NCBI RefSeq assembly: GCF_001412615.1
Contig: NZ_CP013011.1
Location: 1,020,001-1,052,000 of the forward strand
Direction: 5' to 3'
Source: Pyrodictium delaneyi
GTDB lineage: Archaea; Thermoproteota; Thermoprotei_A; Sulfolobales; Pyrodictiaceae
DNA: 32,000 nt
Made by a program: the position numbers and the translations under genes. The notes below the pieces were generated by a model. It was not told where the DNA came from and made no database searches. It saw only the letters and a list, made by a program, of their open reading frames with translations. Shown here one piece after another: positions 26,218-32,000 of the stretch. How positions within the stretch are numbered: position 1 is the stretch's first letter; the number at the start of each line of letters is the position of its first letter.

Positions 26218-26577
26218 ATGGACGGTCAACAGCTGGCAGAGCTAGCCAGAAGAATAGCATTGGCACTAAAAACCTTCCAAGGTTTTATATACCAGCAAGA
26301 CATAGACGATCCAAAAGCCGTACTCACAGTCGTGAGATCCTCCGGAATCGCTATGCTATTAAGCACGGTTACCCTCAGCCAACAACACGGCCTCTACGCA
26401 CTATTACTAAACGACAGAGGCTGCAGAACAGAGTGCATATACGAGAAAGGCTGTAGCCCCAGCGACCACGACTGTATCGAAAAATGCATGCAAGACTGCC
26501 GGTCGAGAATGATAAACAAGATAGCGGAGGCGTTAAACAAGTATGCTGAGCGCAAATCTAGAACCAATAAACATTGA
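26218..26577 (+). CDS. Hypothetical protein with C-terminal Cys cluster
   Basis: 119 aa. Helical N-terminus, then GCRTECIYEKGCSPSDHDCIEKCMQDCRS (CX3C-X5-C-X6-CX3CX3C). Confidence 0.5.
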   Translation: MDGQQLAELARRIALALKTFQGFIYQQDIDDPKAVLTVVRSSGIAMLLSTVTLSQQHGLYALLLNDRGCRTECIYEKGCSPSDHDCIEKCMQDCRSRMINKIAEALNKYAERKSRTNKH

Positions 26578-27163
26578 CCACCTAGTACGCTCGATGCTAG
26601 TACTCTTCATAGCCATAGACCCCCTCGGCAACGCCCCCCTGTTCTACGGTCTTACAGCAACTCTATCCGATGAGAAAAGACGTGTAATAGTCCGCCAAAG
26701 CTGCAAGATAGCAACAATAATACTAATAGTCTTCGCCATAGGAGGCGATATGCTGCTCTCATACTTTGGCTTATCTGTGGCTGATTTCAGAATATCTGGT
26801 GGCATAATCCTATTAATCTACGGTATTGCTGGAATTCTTGGCTGGACAGAAGCATCCATGATAAAACATCCCGAGGAAGCAGAAACTATAGCTGTCGTAC
26901 CACTAGCTACACCATTACTCGCAGGTCCCGCTGCCATTGCAACAGTCTTGTACATAAAGGCAGTCTATGGAATAGAATACGCTCTCGTAGGTATTGCGGT
27001 GAACACCTTGATAACGTTCGTTATGCTCAACAACAGCCAAAAACTCATGGATATACTTGGCCGGAACGGCGCCATAGCATTATCAAAGATAATGTCTATA
27101 CTGCTTGCAGCGATAGCTATTGCTATGATAAGAGAGGGAGTACTCGAAATAATGGGAGGTTAG
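26543..27163 (+). CDS. MarC-family (UPF0056) integral membrane protein
   Basis: 206 aa. FIAIDPLGNAPLF signature and ~6 TM helices. ATG 26543 overlaps the upstream gene by 35 nt; the in-frame ATG 26594 is a non-overlapping alternative. Confidence 0.8.
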   Translation: MLSANLEPINIDHLVRSMLVLFIAIDPLGNAPLFYGLTATLSDEKRRVIVRQSCKIATIILIVFAIGGDMLLSYFGLSVADFRISGGIILLIYGIAGILGWTEASMIKHPEEAETIAVVPLATPLLAGPAAIATVLYIKAVYGIEYALVGIAVNTLITFVMLNNSQKLMDILGRNGAIALSKIMSILLAAIAIAMIREGVLEIMGG

Positions 27164-27262
27164 GCTAGTCTAGGTTTCTAGTTATTGCCCTAAATGCCAG
27201 GACTGATTTTAAAAATAGTAGACGATTGCAGAAACATAGTTAACTAAGTAAAAAGCCTACGA

Positions 27263-29665
27263 TTATGTGTTTAGGCTCCGTAGCATTTTTTCGATCGTTT
27301 CGAGTCTACGGAGCATAATCTTCTTCTCTATTGAGGCTACTAGCCTTCTCGTTGGTATAACAGCATCTGGGTTGACGCTTATACTATCGATCCCGTTAGC
27401 TACTAGGAACTCTACTATTTCTGGGTACACGCTTGGAGCTTGACCACATATCGAGACTGTGCGGCCATGACGGTGTGCAGCCTCAATGAGCATCTTAATC
27501 GCTTTTAGTACTGCTGGATCACGCTCATCGAAGTAACCCATCCCAGCAAGTAGTTGTGAGTCACGATCAACTCCTAAGACTAGCTGTGTTAGGTCGTTGC
27601 TGCCTATGCTGAAACCGTCTACTAGCTTCGCAAACTCGTCTGCTAGTAGAACCACGCTTGGAATCTCCGCCATTATCCATACCTTGAAGTCTTTGTTCCT
27701 CTCCAGTCCTTCTTCAGCCATTATGTTTAGTACTCTTTCTACCTCCCATGTCGTTCTCACGAAAGGTAGCATTACCCAAACGTTCTTGAGCCCCATCTCA
27801 TCGCGTACCTTCTTTATAGCCCTCACTTCTAGCCGGAATGCTTTCTCGTATGCTGGATGGATGTATCTAGAGACACCACGCCAGCCTAGCATCGGATTAC
27901 GCTCTTCCGGCTCGTACTTCTCACCTCCGCGGAGGCCACGGTACTCGTTAGTCTTGAAATCGCTAAATCTCACTACCACGGGGCGCGGGTATATTGCGCT
28001 CGCGACTTTGGCTATACCCTCCGCCAGCCTCTGTACGAAGAAGTCTGCCTTCCCGGTTTCTAGGAGGTATACTGGATGGTATCCTATCCAATCAGTTAGT
28101 ATGAATTCTATCCTCATAAGCCCTATACCATCGAAGGGCAAGTCTACATACTTGTCTATTACATCTGGCTCGCCAAGGTTCATGTAGATCTTTGTCGCTG
28201 TTACAGGATATAGCTCACGGAGTGCTTCAGCGCTTACCCCAGTACCCTTCTCCTCTTCTTTCTTACTCTTACCTATCTCTACCTTGCCCTCGTAGACGAC
28301 GCCACGGCTAGCATCGACTGTAATGAGCATTCCAGTCTTTATTACTTGTGTAGCATTTCCTGTACCCACTATAGCTGGTATGCCCAGCTCGCGGGACACT
28401 ATAGCGGCGTGGCTCGTCATACCACCTTCGTCTGTGACTATTGCAGCCGCTTTCTTCATTAATGGAACCCAGTCAGGGTCTGTCATCTTTGTTACGAGTA
28501 TGTCACCCTTCTGGAACTGCTGGGCCTCAGGGCCGTGCGGGTCAAGGATTACCCGAGCTACACCAGTTGCTACACCCGGACTTGCCGGCAGACCGCGTAC
28601 TAGGATTCGACCACCCTCAACCGCCTCAGTACCACTCTCTTTCTCCTCGACTTTACCCTCTTTCATCTTCCTGCTCCAGACTGTCTCATGGCGAGCCTGC
28701 ACTATGAAGATATTGTTGGGCGGCTTTATGTCCTTATCGATGGCCCACTCAATGTCCATAGGATTGCCGTAGTGCTGCTCTATCTTTATACCATACTTAG
28801 CCAGTATCTTAGCCTCTTCATCGCTCAAGCTGGGTGCAAGAGCCTTCTCCTTGGGCAGCTCTATTACTACGTTTTCGCCACGCTCGGGATCATAGGTTAT
28901 CATTATATTCTTAGGATTAATCTTCTTCTCAACTATCTCGAGCGTCTTCTTATCGATTATGAATTCGTCGGGTGTAACCTTACCTCCTACTACTGCCTCG
29001 CCAAGGCCCCAGCTGGATTCTATAACTATTACGTTTGGGTCACCAGTTGCGGGGTGTATTGTGAACATGACACCAGCTGAGCGTGAGTTAACCATTTTCT
29101 GGACCACTACAGCCATACCTACCTTGGAATCGTCTATCCCCTGCTGAGCCCTATAGAATATCGCGCGAGCTGTGAAAAGGCTGGCCCAACAAGCCTTGAC
29201 CTTCTCGACTACTGCATCCTCACCCTTGACGTTGAGGAATGTATCTTGTTGTCCAGCAAAACTGGCCTCGGGGAGGTCCTCTGCAGAAGCGCTACTTCGA
29301 ACAGCAACTAGTGGCTCCTCTACACCCACACGCTTTGCTAGTTCTCTATATGAATTCTTTATGGCTTTGGCTATTTCTTCTGGAACCTCGGCCTTTAATA
29401 TCATCTCTCTAATTTTCCGACTTGCCTCGTCAAGAGCCTTAGTATCTTCTACATTAATACCGTCAAGAATGTTCTTGATTTTTTCCCAGAGGCCAGTTAC
29501 TTTCATGAAGCGCCAATACGCCTCAGTTGTAACAACAAAGCCCGGCGGGACCGGGACGCCAGCTGAAACCAGCTCGCCTAAGTTGGCACCCTTACCGCCA
29601 GCCAGGTCAACATCCTTGGCACGTAAGTTCTCAATCCAGATTATTAGTGGCCTCTGCTCAGACAT
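27263..29665 (-). CDS. ppsA: Phosphoenolpyruvate synthase (pyruvate, water dikinase)
   Basis: ORF track 27263..29704. Probable start is the second ATG ([14 protein letters not shown]...). ATP-grasp N-terminus ([15 protein letters not shown]), phospho-His motif [21 protein letters not shown], and a C-terminal PEP-utilising TIM barrel with SIGSNDLTQ. Confidence 0.92.
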   Translation of the reverse strand: MSEQRPLIIWIENLRAKDVDLAGGKGANLGELVSAGVPVPPGFVVTTEAYWRFMKVTGLWEKIKNILDGINVEDTKALDEASRKIREMILKAEVPEEIAKAIKNSYRELAKRVGVEEPLVAVRSSASAEDLPEASFAGQQDTFLNVKGEDAVVEKVKACWASLFTARAIFYRAQQGIDDSKVGMAVVVQKMVNSRSAGVMFTIHPATGDPNVIVIESSWGLGEAVVGGKVTPDEFIIDKKTLEIVEKKINPKNIMITYDPERGENVVIELPKEKALAPSLSDEEAKILAKYGIKIEQHYGNPMDIEWAIDKDIKPPNNIFIVQARHETVWSRKMKEGKVEEKESGTEAVEGGRILVRGLPASPGVATGVARVILDPHGPEAQQFQKGDILVTKMTDPDWVPLMKKAAAIVTDEGGMTSHAAIVSRELGIPAIVGTGNATQVIKTGMLITVDASRGVVYEGKVEIGKSKKEEEKGTGVSAEALRELYPVTATKIYMNLGEPDVIDKYVDLPFDGIGLMRIEFILTDWIGYHPVYLLETGKADFFVQRLAEGIAKVASAIYPRPVVVRFSDFKTNEYRGLRGGEKYEPEERNPMLGWRGVSRYIHPAYEKAFRLEVRAIKKVRDEMGLKNVWVMLPFVRTTWEVERVLNIMAEEGLERNKDFKVWIMAEIPSVVLLADEFAKLVDGFSIGSNDLTQLVLGVDRDSQLLAGMGYFDERDPAVLKAIKMLIEAAHRHGRTVSICGQAPSVYPEIVEFLVANGIDSISVNPDAVIPTRRLVASIEKKIMLRRLETIEKMLRSLNT

Positions 29666-29798
29666 GGTGCCATACCGTGCCTCTTGCTCCCCGGGAACAC
29701 ACATATAAACCTTTAAACAGTGTAAACTATGCTAGAACGCTATATCGGTTACTATAACATTGGGGTGTCCAAAACGTTGCCTAAAATGGAAGCCAGTC

Positions 29799-30191
29799 TC
29801 ATTTAGCTTCCTTAGATTCTTTACCCAATTCGGATGCTTCATAGTTTAAAGGTACCTTGTACTTACTGCCATCGTAGTCGATTATTGCATATACCTCATC
29901 AATGTTCTCTATTGGACCAAAGTATATTTCTAATCTAGAGTTTGACTCAATTGTCTGATCCACAGTTATACGCTCCGTTATCTCCTTTCTGATTGTCTGC
30001 GGCTCGAGCTCTGTCGACGTAGTCTCACTCCTTGTAACAGTTATATAGTACTTAACTTCGATTGCATGCACTTTTAACGTTTCGCTGCATTTGTTTACAA
30101 CAATTATATATGGCCCGTCAACACTATAAAGTATGCATCCTCTTAGCTTTTCTACTACCGTACCTGGTAGAGACAAAAAGCCCACCTCCAT
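29799..30191 (-). CDS. Hypothetical protein (130 aa)
   Basis: Clean ORF with a TATA box at the expected distance. Beta-rich sequence, no motif recognised. Confidence 0.5.
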   Translation of the reverse strand: MEVGFLSLPGTVVEKLRGCILYSVDGPYIIVVNKCSETLKVHAIEVKYYITVTRSETTSTELEPQTIRKEITERITVDQTIESNSRLEIYFGPIENIDEVYAIIDYDGSKYKVPLNYEASELGKESKEAK

Positions 30192-30212
30192 CTAGTATTG
30201 TCCACGAACTGG

Positions 30213-30220
30213 TATTTATA
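30213..30220 (-). promoter_or_regulatory. TATA box (TATAAATA on minus strand) for the leaderless gene 29799..30191
   Basis: Centred ~25 nt upstream of ATG 30191. Confidence 0.45.
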
Positions 30221-30354
30221 CAGAGTCATTAAACAGGCTTAGGCACGTTAAGAAACCCTAACAATTAATGCAGAACTGAACCTCGTAGAAGCAAAAACTG
30301 CCTATCACATCTAAATTAACTTAATTCTCTAGCTAACTAAAATATCTATTCAGC

Positions 30355-30790
30355 AGTTCGAGCAGCAAGGATCAGACCCGGTGGAGGCCAGGCATCCCCC
30401 TGTTACGGGCTTAGCGACGTGCAATCGTCATCATCTCCTGGATATTACTTGACCTCTTCGGCTACCCTATTTTAAGTCAGCTTAGGTTATAGATTGCGAA
30501 GTGACAACACTGCATTCGGGGATGAGGATAAACCCCGTCTCGTGAGCCTTGTACGCCGTGAAGAGTGCACCGGTTACCGACCCACTACTATATCGTCATA
30601 TCGCGATAAATCATAGCCTTGATATCGGCCATGCAAGATTCCTTGCCAGCTAGGCAGACAAGGTTTGTATCAACCTCACGACTGTTTGGGGCGGCTGGCA
30701 TCGGCAGAGCAACTCCTCGTCACGACATCATCAGCTGAAAACCGGGCTCCTCCCAGCCAGCCGCCCCACTCGTTTACAACGTGAAGCTGT
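30355..30790. other. ORF-free, GC-rich, hairpin-dense block: candidate structured ncRNA(s), family unresolved
   Basis: No ORF of 60 aa or more in six frames over 640 nt. One hand-counted line is 57% GC, against 33-38% in lines of the left-end operon. Perfect 11-bp stem 30688-30698/30757-30767, plus further stems at 30517-30537, 30633-30646, 30641-30663 and 30661-30676. A/T boxes on both flanks. Confidence 0.35.
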
Positions 30791-30800
30791 AAGGGCGGTA

Positions 30801-30808
30801 GATATATT
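30801..30808 (+). promoter_or_regulatory. TATA box GATATATT for the MoxR gene (near-palindromic, could also fire leftward)
   Basis: Centred ~28 nt upstream of the TTG start at 30833. Confidence 0.45.
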
Positions 30809-30832
30809 CCCTGACGTGGGAGAGTTGTCCCC

Positions 30833-31999
30833 TTGGGCAGTAGCAATTTGCAGGGAAATGTTAGTACACGTCACCTATTAGAACGTATACGTAAGTTCTA
30901 CGAGGCTTTAGCTGAGCCATTCATAGGTAGAGATGAAGAAGCGCGAGCAGTAACATTAGCCATACTTGCACGTGAGCATGTAGTATTAATAGGAGAGCCT
31001 GGTACAGCAAAATCGGCTATAGCTAGGCGTAGCGCCGAGCTAATTAATGCCAAGTTCTTTAAATACCTCTTGACAAAGTATACCGAGCCAAGTGAACTCT
31101 TCGGCCCCCTAGATCTTAACGCATTGAGAGAGGGTAGATATGTCAGAATAACTCGAGGCAAAATGCCGGAGGCCGAAATAGTATTCCTCGATGAGGTATT
31201 TAATGCGAACTCTGCCGTTCTCAATGCATTGCTAAGCATTATGCAGGAGCGTGTATGGTATGACGGCTACACCGAGGTACATGTGCCTTTATGGACACTC
31301 ATAGGCGCTACCAACAGAGTACCCGAGGAGCCGGAACTAGAAGCTATATATGATAGGTTCCTTGTCCGCCAGTATGCTAAGCCACTTCCAGAAAACAAGT
31401 GGAGCGAACTTCTCGACGCCGGCTGGAGAATAGAAGCCGGCAAAATCCCTCCAGCACAGCCTGTACTCGACATAGACACGTTAAACGAACTTCATAAACT
31501 AATATTCGAAGTTGACATGTCTGATATTAAGCCTAAACTTTTACGCCTATTTGCTGTCCTAGAAGAAAGGGGACTCCACCTAACAGATAGGCGTAAGGCA
31601 AAATCACTAAAGATAATCGCCGCTAATGCACTTCTCGAAGGAAGGCTGAAAGCTGAGGAACGTGACCTCATAGTCCTCAAGTACATAGCACCAAGGGATA
31701 TCGAGGACTTCGACAAGGTTAGCATAGTGCTTTCAGAAGAACTACGTATGCCGGAACGCTTTATAAAAGAGTTAAACGATATTAAGGCTAACGTCAAAGA
31801 AGCTGCAAGACTCGTAGACTCTATGAGGAGTTACGACCCACGTCTTGTCGACCTATTTAGGAGCCTAAAGATAGCAAAGAGCAGGATACTGAACATACTA
31901 AAGGAGGCAGACGATGAACGTGTAAGAATGCTTGCCGACGAGACCCTCCATGAGATAGACGAACTACTAGAAAAGATATCTTACAAGCTGGGGATGTAA
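30833..31999 (+). CDS. MoxR/RavA-like AAA+ ATPase
   Basis: 388 aa, TTG start. Walker A LIGEPGTAKS, Walker B IVFLDEVFNANSAVLNALLSIMQER, sensor region ATNRVPEE, helical C-terminal domain. Confidence 0.85.
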   Translation: MGSSNLQGNVSTRHLLERIRKFYEALAEPFIGRDEEARAVTLAILAREHVVLIGEPGTAKSAIARRSAELINAKFFKYLLTKYTEPSELFGPLDLNALREGRYVRITRGKMPEAEIVFLDEVFNANSAVLNALLSIMQERVWYDGYTEVHVPLWTLIGATNRVPEEPELEAIYDRFLVRQYAKPLPENKWSELLDAGWRIEAGKIPPAQPVLDIDTLNELHKLIFEVDMSDIKPKLLRLFAVLEERGLHLTDRRKAKSLKIIAANALLEGRLKAEERDLIVLKYIAPRDIEDFDKVSIVLSEELRMPERFIKELNDIKANVKEAARLVDSMRSYDPRLVDLFRSLKIAKSRILNILKEADDERVRMLADETLHEIDELLEKISYKLGM

Positions 32000-32000
32000 G

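Noticed and set aside
27597-29708. Several long plus-strand ORFs (196, 149, 130 and 178 aa) inside ppsA
   Set aside because: They are antisense shadows of a strongly supported 800-aa PEP synthase gene, with Ser/Pro/Thr-rich, non-protein-like sequences.
30366-30441. C/D-box sRNA on the minus strand (AUGAUGA ... 53 nt ... CUGA with a 4-bp terminal stem)
   Set aside because: No acceptable D'/C' pair, and guide spacing is not 12 nt (16 nt before the D box). It is kept only as a K-turn-like motif within the larger unexplained block.
30544-30577. 34-nt hairpin GAGCCUUGUACGCCGUGAAGAGUGCACCGGUUAC, resembling group II intron domain V (AGC triad, 2-nt 3' bulge)
   Set aside because: The loop is 10 nt rather than a GNRA tetraloop. 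The lower helix is only 5 bp with an extra bulge. No other intron domains or a reverse transcriptase ORF are present.
30355-30790. Assignment of the GC-rich block to RNase P RNA or SRP (7S) RNA
   Set aside because: Neither strand contains the universal RNase P CR-I core (GGAAAGUCC; no AAGTCC or GGACTT). CAGACCCGG (CR-V-like) and GAAAACCGGGCUCC (CR-I-like) occur in the wrong 5'-3' order. A CCCCUGUUAC motif resembles the SRP Alu U-turn, but there is no GGAAG...AGCAG helix-8 signature. Both assignments were dropped.

Overview
Archaeal (crenarchaeal/Thermoproteota-type hyperthermophile) chromosomal segment, densely coding on both strands. I saw no rRNA, CRISPR array, transposase or integrase. Recognisable genes are an Lhr-type helicase, PCNA, DUF72, an AbrB-ACT protein, an Mrp/NBP35 ATPase, XPB/Rad25 helicase, Hjc resolvase, a PIN-PilT-KH ATPase, a family-B DNA polymerase (PolB1-like), tRNA-Arg(GCG), MarC, PEP synthase, a MoxR ATPase and a probable Rpo13. 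The most interesting part is the AT-rich left end (1-8.3 kb). It holds a tightly packed four-gene operon with the architecture of a minimal type-IV-secretion / Ced-type DNA-transfer machine: an 89-aa pilin-like protein, a 479-aa VirB6/CedA-like membrane protein, a 58-aa membrane ORF missing from the ORF track, and a VirB4/CedB-like ATPase. This operon lies directly downstream of the Lhr helicase and next to a divergently oriented HerA/FtsK-type ATPase with a ~6-7-TM N-terminal anchor. Other points are two candidate C/D-box sRNAs with canonical 12-nt guide spacing (10489-10563, 16980-17036), an unexplained ~430-nt GC-rich, hairpin-dense, ORF-free block (30355-30790), and a ~120-aa low-complexity insertion near the N-terminus of the polymerase. 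All functional calls come from motif recognition by eye; no database search or folding program was available.
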